64,000 nt of DNA, from the NCBI GenBank assembly GCA_035762785.1, contig DASUCH010000043.1, forward strand, positions 7,158-71,157, in the 5' to 3' direction. This DNA is from Nitrososphaeraceae archaeon. GTDB taxonomy: Archaea > Thermoproteota > Nitrososphaeria > Nitrososphaerales > Nitrososphaeraceae. The notes beneath the pieces were generated by a model that did no database searches, was not told the origin of the DNA, and saw only the letters and a list, made by a program, of their open reading frames with translations. A program made the position numbers and the translations under genes. Shown piece after piece: positions 52,817-62,842 of the stretch. Numbering within the stretch: the first letter of the stretch is position 1; every line of letters begins with the position of its first letter.

Positions 52817-53410
52817 TTATAAGTGGATTAAACCACCTTGTTCACTAACATGTGGAGATTGTCCAACAAACTTTCTTCTAAAGTGGCCAGATGGTCTTTT
52901 AGACAAAAGCTCAATAAACCATGCCTCGTGTTCTACTTCTTCTTGCATTATTTTTTGTGCTATATCATATGTTCGTGGATCTTTCCCTGCAGTCATATCG
53001 CATACCTCTCCCCATGACCTTATTGCACATTGTTCTGCTTCTAGCAATACCTTCAATATTGAATTGATATCTTGCCAGTTATCAGGTAAATATGCATCTG
53101 GACAGCCAGCCTGATCAGCAAATTCTCTAATATCTCTTGGAAGACTCCCCCCTAATTCGTATAACCTAGGAGTCATTGCTTCAAAGTGATTTCTATCTTC
53201 TATTCTTGCATCCTCGACTATTTCCTTAATTCCTTCACCCTCTAAACCTGTACAATGCATTCTTAATATTGTATAATAATAATATGTTGTAAACTCGGCG
53301 CCTACACCTTTTCTGATTAATTCAATTAATCTCTGGACATCTACACCATTTTTTTCCAAAACTTCCAATGCTACAATTTTTGGAACAGATCTGTTTTGAT
53401 CATTTGACAT
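52817..53410 (-). CDS. dpsL: DPS-like (DpsL) ferritin-superfamily antioxidant protein
   Basis: [32 protein letters not shown] and EEVEHEAWF...PSGHF motifs. Confidence 0.93.
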   Translation of the reverse strand: MSNDQNRSVPKIVALEVLEKNGVDVQRLIELIRKGVGAEFTTYYYYTILRMHCTGLEGEGIKEIVEDARIEDRNHFEAMTPRLYELGGSLPRDIREFADQAGCPDAYLPDNWQDINSILKVLLEAEQCAIRSWGEVCDMTAGKDPRTYDIAQKIMQEEVEHEAWFIELLSKRPSGHFRRKFVGQSPHVSEQGGLIHL

Positions 53411-53528
53411 ATTATTCGATTTGAATAATAATATTTAAAGGTTTTAATATCTTAACGTAAGAAATTAATTGAATTAACTACATATTGCCATATTAATATA
53501 TATATATAATGATTTTTGGATATTCTAT

Positions 53529-53669
53529 ATGGCAACTGAACAAATTGTGGATCCTTTTATGGTAATGATCGCTATTTCAGGATTTTTTTCTGCAACTATA
53601 TTGTTATCATCACTTTTAACAATTAGAAAGAAAAAAATCCAGACTGATAAAATTGAGAATAATATTTGA
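53529..53669 (+). CDS. Small single-TM protein (46 aa, not in the ORF track)
   Basis: Own translation MATEQIVDPFMVMIAISGFFSATILLSSLLTIRKKKIQTDKIENNI*; TM followed by a basic patch. Confidence 0.6.
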   Translation: MATEQIVDPFMVMIAISGFFSATILLSSLLTIRKKKIQTDKIENNI

Positions 53670-53687
53670 TATTTAATTATAGGTAAC

Positions 53688-54689
53688 ATGACTATTACAA
53701 TATGTATTTCTCATAAAGAAGATGTTGATGGTCTATCCTCGGCTATACTGATAAAATGTGCTTTCAAAAAAAAAGTGTCTATATTGTTAGTAGATTATGC
53801 AAATCTTATAAATAAGCTTGAAAAACTGCTAAAAAATCTTTTACCTGTTACAAAAGGGTATAACAGAATATTTATTTGTGATCTTGGATTAAACAAAAAA
53901 AATCAGTACACGTTTATTTCTATATTATCTAAAATGGTTGCTTTAGGATATAAGGTAACTTATATTGATCATCATGACCTTGAAGAAGAAACAAAGAAAG
54001 AAATAAAAAAAATAGGAGTCAATCTAATACACTCTACTCAAGAATGTACCAGTGTTCATGTTTATAATAAATATAAAAGGAAACTTTCTTCGAATGCATC
54101 ATTCTTTGCTGCTGCAGGTGCTTTAACTGATTATCTTGATAATAAGCCGATAGCTTCCTCACTAATACCTCGATATGACAGACAGTTTTTAATGTTAGAA
54201 TCAACAGCTCTGTCTTACATGATTTCTTCTAACCAAAACAATGAGGAATATCTGTACAATATTGTTAATGTATTATCTGCGATGAAATTCCCTCATGAAA
54301 TTGAAGGTGGGTTCATAGAGGCAGAGAAATATGCAAAAAAAATAGCGAATGCGATTAGTTCTATTTCTCATGAAATTAAAACTAAACACAATCTTGCTTT
54401 AGTCCAAAGTAATCTAGATTTGGCATCAAGTACAGTAGTAAATTTTGTTCTGGGAATGTCAGAAAAAAACATTGCGATGGTTTATAAATATAAAGAAGAT
54501 AAAGAAGCTTTTATTATTTCCATTAGAGGATCTAAAGATTGCACTGTTCATTTAGGGAGAATTGTAAATGAGGTCGCATCATCTTTGGGTGGAAGCGGAG
54601 GAGGACATGATAAAGCATGTGGAGCGGTAATTCCTAAGGATTTATTCAATAAGTTTGTCGAATTGGTAGATACAAAAACCTCATGTTAA
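53688..54689 (+). CDS. DHH/DHHA1 phosphoesterase (RecJ-like)
   Basis: H..DVDG, ICDLG, YIDHH, SIRG and GGGH motifs. Confidence 0.93.
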   Translation: MTITICISHKEDVDGLSSAILIKCAFKKKVSILLVDYANLINKLEKLLKNLLPVTKGYNRIFICDLGLNKKNQYTFISILSKMVALGYKVTYIDHHDLEEETKKEIKKIGVNLIHSTQECTSVHVYNKYKRKLSSNASFFAAAGALTDYLDNKPIASSLIPRYDRQFLMLESTALSYMISSNQNNEEYLYNIVNVLSAMKFPHEIEGGFIEAEKYAKKIANAISSISHEIKTKHNLALVQSNLDLASSTVVNFVLGMSEKNIAMVYKYKEDKEAFIISIRGSKDCTVHLGRIVNEVASSLGGSGGGHDKACGAVIPKDLFNKFVELVDTKTSC

Positions 54690-54930
54690 TCACGATCATT
54701 TAATTATTCTTAAAAACAAAATACTTCTCTTAAATAATTTATTTATTTAATAATAAAAATGGAATAGAGATTAAAAGTTGATATTTGTATTTTTTTATTA
54801 TTATGGCGATATTGAATTAGCAATTATCTAAATAAAATTTTTTATGACTTGCCGTGAGAGCTGCTTTCTATACTTATATAATCATATTAATATTATAACA
54901 AAATAAAAATAATTATGAAATGTTACAATA

Positions 54931-55290
54931 TTAGATATTTATAATTTTATTTACTTTTGAAATCGCTATTATTCCTCCAGCCCCACCTGTTTTATCAATT
55001 TTTGCAGAATCTTTTATTGCAGACACTACTTCATCTACTTTATCCTCAGTAACTATGGTTTCTACTGTTCTTCTATTGGAATAGGGCATTGTAGAGATAT
55101 CTCCACGTCTACCGTATCTGATTTGATATTTTTCTCCTTTTCCAATTCCTTTGGATTCATAAAAGGTTGCAGGTACTCCAATTTTATTTAATGCAGCTAA
55201 AACATCATGTTCTTTTTCTTCTCTTATAAAAGCCTCAATTCGTACTAATTGAGAATTAGTTTTTTCTCCATTTCCATTTTTCTCCGACAA
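54931..55290 (-). CDS. P-II family signal-transduction protein (divergent)
   Basis: IEAFIR, KGIG...T-loop, VDEVVSAI and GG.G.I.IS motifs. Confidence 0.85.
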   Translation of the reverse strand: MSEKNGNGEKTNSQLVRIEAFIREEKEHDVLAALNKIGVPATFYESKGIGKGEKYQIRYGRRGDISTMPYSNRRTVETIVTEDKVDEVVSAIKDSAKIDKTGGAGGIIAISKVNKIINI

Positions 55291-55514
55291 TTTAGTATCA
55301 AATAATATTGAAAGGACCTTTTTTTTAAAGTTATGTTTTATTAAACAAATAAATTTTTTGTTTGGGAATATAAAAAAGAAAATTTATAAAAATTATAAGT
55401 TTTAATATAAAAAGTAAAAAAATTCCTTAAAAAATCTTAATTTTTATATTTCATCTAAAATAGAAGTGGTATAATATTGATTAAAATTCAAATAATATAA
55501 CACCTGATTCTTAA

Positions 55515-55904
55515 TTGATGACCTTTTTTTATGATGAAATTTCTAAATTCCTCTCCTCTGAAATCCATCAAAGTAAAAATTATTACCTAAAAGCAATGCT
55601 AGATTTAGAAAAATTTGAAATAGGACAAAGTTACATTACTTCTAAGATTAAAAATAAAAAAAATGATACAGTAGTAGTAAATATTCAGGGTGGTAGCCCT
55701 GGAATAGATATATCGGATTCACTTTTTACCTTGACTGAGACTCCTAAGATTGCATATGTACGTACAATGATTGATAATACGATTTTAGTAAGAAAATTAC
55801 CAGTACTTGGCGTTAAAGATTGGTTACTGATTTATGAAAATACCCTTTTCTTGTTGGCTGTAAAGGAAAAGTACGATGAATTAGAAATTCTTTGTGTTTT
55901 TTAA
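55515..55904 (+). CDS. Conserved hypothetical protein
   Basis: Protein-like ORF upstream of atpI; true start may be the internal ATG (MLDLEKF). Confidence 0.65.
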   Translation: MMTFFYDEISKFLSSEIHQSKNYYLKAMLDLEKFEIGQSYITSKIKNKKNDTVVVNIQGGSPGIDISDSLFTLTETPKIAYVRTMIDNTILVRKLPVLGVKDWLLIYENTLFLLAVKEKYDELEILCVF

Positions 55905-56007
55905 TTTTCTAATAGATATTGTTTGTATTTTAAAATGATTTTTTAACAGCTATATTGTAAATATCATAGATAAGATTTTAAGTCATAGCGTTATCCAGAT
56001 TCTTGAA

Positions 56008-58140
56008 ATGGGCTTAGCGCAGCTTGCTAAGGTTACTATAATTCTTCCTAGGATGGAATCATCAAAAGTTGCTAGTCAGCTGGCACAGTTTGAATGGTTT
56101 CATCCAATCAGTTCTAATTCTGAATATTCTGATCCTAATCTAGATGAACTGCATTTACGTTCACAAAAACTCTTTCAAAATATCGATGAAGTTGTACGTG
56201 ATTTAGGGATTAAAACAGAAATTGGAATAATGGATGCCCTTATGAAGGGTAAACCGAAGAATAAAAAAGAATTACAAATTTCAGAAATTGAACAGTTAAT
56301 TTTGAAACTGGAGGAAGATTCAAAGACTTTGGTAAATGAAACCTCAAAAATCATTAATGAAAGAGATTCTTTAAATAGGCAACTTGAAGAATATAAAACA
56401 TTAAGAGATACTCTAAGTGTAGTATCCAATCTAAAGATCGATATATCCAAACTTAACAATAGTAAATTATTATATCAAAATATGTTTATTATTAAAACTA
56501 AAGATTTCTCAGAGATTCAACGTTCGCTTTCAGATATATCTCTTTTTACCTTAAAATTAAATGATACTCATTCTGCATTATTCCTCTTCGCGAAAAATGA
56601 GAATTCTGATGGAATAGGAAAAACAATACGTAGTTTTGACATCTCACAAATTGTTATACCTACTACTTTTTCTCAAAATCCAAGTGAAGCTTTTCAACAT
56701 TTAGCTACAAAAATAAAAGAATTAACTACAAAGAAAAAAAATATCGATTCTAATATTTTGAAGATAAGCAAAGAAAATAATTCAAAAATTCTTTATTTGA
56801 GAGAATCATCTCAAGTTATACGAGAGATTTTAGAAACTTTAAGAAAACCTGCAGGATTAAAGAATTTTGCTGTTATTCAAGGATACATTCCAACTGTTAT
56901 GGCTATTAATTTCAAGAAATTACATGAAAAATGGATAACAATATTCGAGCATAAAAAACATAATGATTCTCATCAAATAGAGAAGGACCATGAACATGAT
57001 TCTGAACAGACAAAAGAAAATCAAGAACCAATTTTATTTGCCAATAGTCGTTATTTTAGATCTTTTGAACCAATAACCCTCACCCAAGGTCCCCCTAAAC
57101 CCAATGAGATAGATCCCACTCCAATGATTGCATTAATATTTCCTATTTTTTACGGATTGATGTTTGGAGATGCAGGACAAGGTGCATTATTGGCCTTGCT
57201 TGGTGCTACATTTAGAATTAGAGGAACAGGAAATTTAAAAAAATGGGGTACATTGATTCTTGCATCAGGAATATCTGCAGTAATCGCAGGGTTGATAGTA
57301 GGAGAGGCTTTCGGATTTCATATTTTTGAACTCCCAGGTGGTGAATATCTGAGATCATTAGGATTCATAGGGATATTAAATGCAGCAGACTTTTCAGAAG
57401 AGACTGTCCTAACTATTCTTACTTTTTCAATCAATATTGGTATTACACACCTAGTAAGTGCTTTTGCATTTTCCATATACAAGGGAATCAAACAAGGCAA
57501 GAAATACGAAGTACTTACCAATCGTCTTCCGACCCTGATAATGTATTTGGCAATTATTTCTCTCATGTTAGCTGCAGTAGGTGCTAATTACAAGGTTCTT
57601 GAAATGTATACCAATCAAAATCCTGCTCCCTTCTTTTCAAATATAGCTGGTGATTGGGTTACTGTAGAAATAGTTACTAAGATTTCGTTTCTGATTCTTA
57701 TGATAACTATGGTGCTACAAATTCTTGCAGTTCCTTTGGGCGTTAAACTTGGGAAAGTGAAAGTTCATGGAAATGTAAATGAAGAATTATTTATGACAGT
57801 CATTGAAGTTATGTTGATTAGATTAGTAGAATTATTTGCTAATACAATTAGTTATACTAGAATTGGAATTATGTTACTTGTACATGTAGCTTTAATGGGT
57901 ACAGCCAATAATGGAGTAGAATTCTTTTTCTCCACCGGTAACTTTGCAGTTGGAATAGTTGTAGCAATATTAGGAAATCTAGGTGTTATGATGATAGAAG
58001 GATTACTAGTCTATATTCAGGCACTTAGGCTTCATTTGTACGAGTGGTTCACAAAATTCTACGAGGGTACTGGAGTTCCATTTAAAAAATTGGTGCCAGA
58101 AATGCTATACACAAGCCTGGTATGGGAAAAAAAACTATAA
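56008..58140 (+). CDS. atpI: A/V-type ATP synthase subunit I (a)
   Basis: Coiled-coil N-terminus; P...EIDPT, FYGLMFGDAGQG, NTISYTR (essential Arg) and QALRLHLYEWFTKFYEG. Confidence 0.96.
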   Translation: MGLAQLAKVTIILPRMESSKVASQLAQFEWFHPISSNSEYSDPNLDELHLRSQKLFQNIDEVVRDLGIKTEIGIMDALMKGKPKNKKELQISEIEQLILKLEEDSKTLVNETSKIINERDSLNRQLEEYKTLRDTLSVVSNLKIDISKLNNSKLLYQNMFIIKTKDFSEIQRSLSDISLFTLKLNDTHSALFLFAKNENSDGIGKTIRSFDISQIVIPTTFSQNPSEAFQHLATKIKELTTKKKNIDSNILKISKENNSKILYLRESSQVIREILETLRKPAGLKNFAVIQGYIPTVMAINFKKLHEKWITIFEHKKHNDSHQIEKDHEHDSEQTKENQEPILFANSRYFRSFEPITLTQGPPKPNEIDPTPMIALIFPIFYGLMFGDAGQGALLALLGATFRIRGTGNLKKWGTLILASGISAVIAGLIVGEAFGFHIFELPGGEYLRSLGFIGILNAADFSEETVLTILTFSINIGITHLVSAFAFSIYKGIKQGKKYEVLTNRLPTLIMYLAIISLMLAAVGANYKVLEMYTNQNPAPFFSNIAGDWVTVEIVTKISFLILMITMVLQILAVPLGVKLGKVKVHGNVNEELFMTVIEVMLIRLVELFANTISYTRIGIMLLVHVALMGTANNGVEFFFSTGNFAVGIVVAILGNLGVMMIEGLLVYIQALRLHLYEWFTKFYEGTGVPFKKLVPEMLYTSLVWEKKL

Positions 58141-58181
58141 CAAAATAGCATACCAAGCAACAATTTAATCTTTAAAATAAT

Positions 58182-58216
58182 ATGACCTAGGACATCTGCT
58201 CAATATCCTAGGTCAT
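58182..58216. other. Perfect 11-bp inverted repeat (hairpin) downstream of atpI
   Basis: atgacctagga-N13-tcctaggtcat. Confidence 0.8.
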
Positions 58217-58354
58217 GGAAATTGTTCCCCTTCGGTTTGGTCGATGTATCATTTTTATGGTTAATAGGAATATTTAAACGTGGTGGATTGCTAAAATCAT
58301 CTATTGAATTCTATTATCAAAATAATTTATAAATAACATGCGGCTATAAATTAA

Positions 58355-58660
58355 ATGATGAGTGATTTTAATAATAAAAATTTCATATTAAACCAAGCGC
58401 TATGGTTAGGCATTTCTCTAGCTATTAGCATTGCTATCTCTCTTATAGTACCATTCCCATACTCATTACCCATTATAATTGGAGTTTTTCTTCTTCTAAG
58501 CTTTTATATCAGACAGCGACAGTTTAAGAAACTTGGATTGTCAAGTGCTACCATGTTTGGTAACAGTTCTGTAAACTACTATTGTATGAATTGTGGAGCT
58601 AAACATAACCAAGTATCTTGTCCTCGCTGCGGCTCAAAAATGAAAAGAGTTGGAGCATAA
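58355..58660 (+). CDS. Small two-TM membrane protein with a C-terminal zinc ribbon
   Basis: Two hydrophobic helices; CMNCG...CPRCG. Confidence 0.85.
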   Translation: MMSDFNNKNFILNQALWLGISLAISIAISLIVPFPYSLPIIIGVFLLLSFYIRQRQFKKLGLSSATMFGNSSVNYYCMNCGAKHNQVSCPRCGSKMKRVGA

Positions 58661-58706
58661 ATTTCTATACTTTGGAATTCATTTTAATAAAATTCTGATA
58701 TCACTA

Positions 58707-59375
58707 TTATTCAAAACCTTCACAAAGTTCTATCAGTTTATCTTGCCATGCATCTGCCTTTATTAAACCACTTGCCAAAAGTATCCCTTTTGATCCAAGA
58801 TTTATTGCACTTTTAACGTCGGTCTTATCTACTATTCCCGCTCCACAAATTACTTTTATGTTTTCAGACTGTCTGGCTGCTTCTTTAACAGATTTAGTAA
58901 TTATAGATGGGTTGACTTTGCTAACTGCCTTCCCAGTTCCTATTAGTTCTGGAGGCTCAATAGCAATCATATTTGGATTTAATTTAGCCAATTTTCCAAC
59001 TTCCTTGGATGTTGCCGCACAAACAATTGAAGTCATATCTAATTGTCCCAATCGTTCTACAAGCTTTTGTATATGTGTATGTTCAATTCTGTGTTCGCTA
59101 TGATTTATCAATGAACCAACTGCTCCATAAGATTTTGCTAATTCAGGAATAATAAAACCAGTAGTAGCTCCTATTTTTTCGTCATCTATATGTTGACAAA
59201 TGAGAGGAAGTTTAACACATTGTGATAAGTAAAACAAAGAATTTTGTGGAGGTGCGATCATTATTTGTACTTGATTACTATTTGAAATGTCTCTTGCAAT
59301 TTCTGAGAGTTGCAATATTTTCTCTCCCGCCACTTCTATGTAATTCTTACAGTTAATTATAATAATTCCTTTCAA
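58707..59375 (-). CDS. tpiA: Triosephosphate isomerase (archaeal type)
   Basis: INCKNY, QH, NHSEHR, IEPPELIG, GAGI and LASG motifs. Confidence 0.97.
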   Translation of the reverse strand: MKGIIIINCKNYIEVAGEKILQLSEIARDISNSNQVQIMIAPPQNSLFYLSQCVKLPLICQHIDDEKIGATTGFIIPELAKSYGAVGSLINHSEHRIEHTHIQKLVERLGQLDMTSIVCAATSKEVGKLAKLNPNMIAIEPPELIGTGKAVSKVNPSIITKSVKEAARQSENIKVICGAGIVDKTDVKSAINLGSKGILLASGLIKADAWQDKLIELCEGFE

Positions 59376-59400
59376 ATTATTATTCCTTTTGTATTAAAAA

Positions 59401-60537
59401 TTATTTTTTGTTCCTTTTTTTAGAGAATTTTTGTGTTTCTTTATTGCTTATGCTTGATGTAAATTTCTGATTTAATTTGTCCATTCTTGCTTCATACCCT
59501 TTATTATATTCTAATTCATCAGGTACTAAAGTTGCAGGATGAATAAATCCTTGATTCCTCATAATCATTGCTCTTTCAGATGCCCATGTCCTTTGTAAGT
59601 CCCAATCGGCTGTTCCAAATCCATCAAGGGGACCAGTTAGTCTGCCTTCGTGCATACTAAATACTAAACATTCTACAATTGGTATTGAATAATTTAGGCT
59701 AGCTGGTGAATTCAGTTTTACTGGCATTAAAGGCAAATGATGACTACCTCTTGTATTACCTGATACATAATGAGGATTATTAAAAGCACTACCAACTTCT
59801 TCTGTTGCTGGAAAGTTCTTTTGTGTTCTAACTATTGCTATTGGATCATCCTTACCAACATAGGTTCCAGCTATGTTATGTAACCTATCAGTTGATGCAG
59901 AAAGAATTTGCTCCCCTTCTGAGGAATAAACTGAATGAACAACGTATCTGCCAGGAAACATCAAAGCAGCTTCTAATTCTGGTTTATCCTCCCACATTTT
60001 TAAATCTGCAATATTACCCGTCATGACATCCATAATCCTAAAAGTAACCCCACCTGCCAATTTTTCATTTATTAAGAGCCCTGTATTACTTCCAGCATCT
60101 ACAAACATTCTCCAAAATGGAAAATTAAACGCACCAGGCTCTGTCTTATCAGCAGCAAAAATACAGAATACTTCACTTTGTCTTTCTTCCATTTCAATTT
60201 CTGCAACTCCAGGACCCATACCTCTAACATTTCCAGAAAAAGAATCCTTTAACAAATCTTGTCCAGCTCCATACAAGCCTTGGCTTTTAGCTGTTTTAGT
60301 TCCTTCACTAAATGCATCCCATGCTATTTTATGAATTTTTTCATTATCTGTTCCTAACTTATGGGTCATGATAATATGAATATCATCGCCGCTATATCCA
60401 ATATAATGGTCTATGAGGAGTTTGGTTCCCATTTTTTCAATATATTTTTTAACAACCTCCAGTAATTCATCACTAGGTCTGGTATGTCCACCAATTGCTC
60501 CTATATCTGCTTTTATTGCTGAAACTGTTATACGCAT
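59401..60537 (-). CDS. fbp: Bifunctional fructose-1,6-bisphosphate aldolase/phosphatase
   Basis: KADIG..GGH, GDD, LYGAGQDLL, DKTEPGAFN, YVGKDDP and RGSH motifs. Confidence 0.97.
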   Translation of the reverse strand: MRITVSAIKADIGAIGGHTRPSDELLEVVKKYIEKMGTKLLIDHYIGYSGDDIHIIMTHKLGTDNEKIHKIAWDAFSEGTKTAKSQGLYGAGQDLLKDSFSGNVRGMGPGVAEIEMEERQSEVFCIFAADKTEPGAFNFPFWRMFVDAGSNTGLLINEKLAGGVTFRIMDVMTGNIADLKMWEDKPELEAALMFPGRYVVHSVYSSEGEQILSASTDRLHNIAGTYVGKDDPIAIVRTQKNFPATEEVGSAFNNPHYVSGNTRGSHHLPLMPVKLNSPASLNYSIPIVECLVFSMHEGRLTGPLDGFGTADWDLQRTWASERAMIMRNQGFIHPATLVPDELEYNKGYEARMDKLNQKFTSSISNKETQKFSKKRNKK

Positions 60538-60691
60538 AATTTGATTGGATTAAATATTGTTTATATCTTTTCTGCTATGTATTTTATCTTAATCATCATA
60601 AAAGCTCACCTCCTTTTATTGCATGAAACTGTATTTTGATTATAAAAGTTAAATATAAGAAAGTGAATGAAAGAAATCAAAATCCATAAAT

Positions 60692-62791
60692 TTGAAGTTC
60701 AATTCAAAAGATAAAAAATATTCTCTTGTAATTTGTGAAAAACCAAATGTTGCTAATAGAATTGCTATTGCTTTAGGAACATCTGAGGTGAAAAAAATAA
60801 AAATAAAAGGGAACATAGTTTTTGATGTACTTACTAAAGATAATGCACGTTATGTAATTCTATCCTCTAAAGGTCATCTATATGGTCTAAAAGATACTAA
60901 TAAGAGAGGTAAAATTTTTCCTATTTTTGATATATATTGGGCACCGATATTCACATATCACAATAAAAATTCAAAAAACCTTATAGAATTAATACGTCGA
61001 TTTGCTAAGGATACTGATAATTTTATCCATGCATGCGATTATGATCAAGAAGGTGAATTAATTGGATATAATATATTAGAATTAATATGCGAAAAAGCTT
61101 ATAGTAATTCTTATAGAGCAAAATTGTCAACTTTAACTTCTGATGATATAACTAAATCTTTTATTACATTAGAAAGAACGAATAGAAATATGGCTTATGC
61201 TGGTATGTTTAGACACTTATTAGATTATATCTATGGAATAAATTTTTCGATGGCTGTTTCACGTGCTATAAAAATAAAAAATAGATCTTCTTATCAAACT
61301 GTTGGAAGGGTTCAGAGTCCTACTCTGAAATTTATAGTAGATAGAGATTTGCAAATAAATTACTTTATACCAACCCCTTTTTGGAGAATAAAAGCTAATT
61401 TTAGAAAAGAGGATAAAGTTTTTGTTTTTTTCTTTGAAAAAAAAAGAATAAATACATTAAACCAAGTAAATTACATTATAGATCATTGTAGTGGTAAAAA
61501 AGGTATTATAAATAATATAAATATCTACAAAGAATATGTAAGACCATTACATCCCTTTAACATAGGAGACCTTCAGAAGGAATCATTTAGATTATTTAAA
61601 TATTCTCCAGTTTATACTCTTTCGATTGCAGAAAATCTTTATTTAAAAGCATTGATTTCCTATCCAAGGACTAACAGTCAAATTCTTCCGGTTTCAATTA
61701 ACTATAGGAAAATATTAAATGATTTAGAAAAAATTTCAGATCCATACAAAAGATATGTTACCATGTTGTTAAATCAGAACAAGCTTTCTCCAAATAATGG
61801 TATAAAATATGATCCTGCTCATCCAGCTATTTATCCTACTGGAACAAAACCAATAAATCTAAATTCTTCAGAAATAAAAGTTTATGATCTTATCGTAAAA
61901 AGATTTTTTGCTACCTTTGGTGAACCTGCAATTTTTAAAAAAACTAAAATTGATATTAAAGTAGATGATGATTTTATATTTAATAAAGAAGGAAAAAATA
62001 TTCTCTTGAAAGGATGGATTGAATTTTATAGTTCGTTTTATAATTATAGTGAAAACTCTGTTGAATACTCAGACCTTCAAATAGGAGATACATTAACTAA
62101 TATAGATATTACTAAAGATTCAGAGTTGACTGAACCTCCAATTTATTTCAATTATTCATCTTTATTATCGAAAATGGAATTAGAAGAAATGGGCACAAAA
62201 TCTACAAGAGGAAATATTATAGAATTATTAATACGAAGAGATTATGTATCTGTAAATAATAATAAGATCAAATCAACTAATCTTGGAATGTATTTAATAG
62301 ATTTTATGGAAAAAAATCTCCCACAGATAATTTCTACAAATTTGACCAGGACTTTAGAACACTATTTAGCAGATATTGAAAGAGGAATTACAGATAGAAT
62401 ATTTATACTAAATAGTATAATCATTGATCTAATTGATTCTATGCATTATATTAAAAAAATAGAATCTGTATCTCCACTAGAACATCAACGGGTTAGAAGC
62501 AAGAAGTTAATATTGATAGGAGCGTGTCCTGTTTGTAAGAAAGGAAAGTTTCAAATTATAAGATCTAGAAAAACCAAAAAACGATTTATCTCATGCACAG
62601 ATTACTTTTCCGATGGTTGTACTGCCTCTGCTCCAATTCCACAACAAGGTTTAATTAAGAATATGAGGAAATTCTGTAAAGAATGCAATTGGCCAATACT
62701 AAATGTGTTTTATCCAACTAAGAGATACAGTAAAAACTTTTGTACAAATATTAATTGCCCTACAAAATTAATTCAAGATATTAAATTATAA
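60692..62791 (+). CDS. topA: Type IA DNA topoisomerase with C-terminal Zn ribbons
   Basis: CEKP, GHL, CDYDQEGE, GRVQSPTL, ISYPRT (catalytic Tyr), AHPAI.PT and GT.STR motifs. Confidence 0.95.
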   Translation: MKFNSKDKKYSLVICEKPNVANRIAIALGTSEVKKIKIKGNIVFDVLTKDNARYVILSSKGHLYGLKDTNKRGKIFPIFDIYWAPIFTYHNKNSKNLIELIRRFAKDTDNFIHACDYDQEGELIGYNILELICEKAYSNSYRAKLSTLTSDDITKSFITLERTNRNMAYAGMFRHLLDYIYGINFSMAVSRAIKIKNRSSYQTVGRVQSPTLKFIVDRDLQINYFIPTPFWRIKANFRKEDKVFVFFFEKKRINTLNQVNYIIDHCSGKKGIINNINIYKEYVRPLHPFNIGDLQKESFRLFKYSPVYTLSIAENLYLKALISYPRTNSQILPVSINYRKILNDLEKISDPYKRYVTMLLNQNKLSPNNGIKYDPAHPAIYPTGTKPINLNSSEIKVYDLIVKRFFATFGEPAIFKKTKIDIKVDDDFIFNKEGKNILLKGWIEFYSSFYNYSENSVEYSDLQIGDTLTNIDITKDSELTEPPIYFNYSSLLSKMELEEMGTKSTRGNIIELLIRRDYVSVNNNKIKSTNLGMYLIDFMEKNLPQIISTNLTRTLEHYLADIERGITDRIFILNSIIIDLIDSMHYIKKIESVSPLEHQRVRSKKLILIGACPVCKKGKFQIIRSRKTKKRFISCTDYFSDGCTASAPIPQQGLIKNMRKFCKECNWPILNVFYPTKRYSKNFCTNINCPTKLIQDIKL

Positions 62792-62842
62792 ATATCTGTT
62801 CTTCGATTAAGATATTAAATTATAAATATCTGTTCTTCGATT
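62775..62842. repeat. Perfect 34-bp tandem duplication at the topA/nitrilase junction
   Basis: aagatattaaattataaatatctgttcttcgatt at 62775-62808 and again at 62809-62842. Confidence 0.95.
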
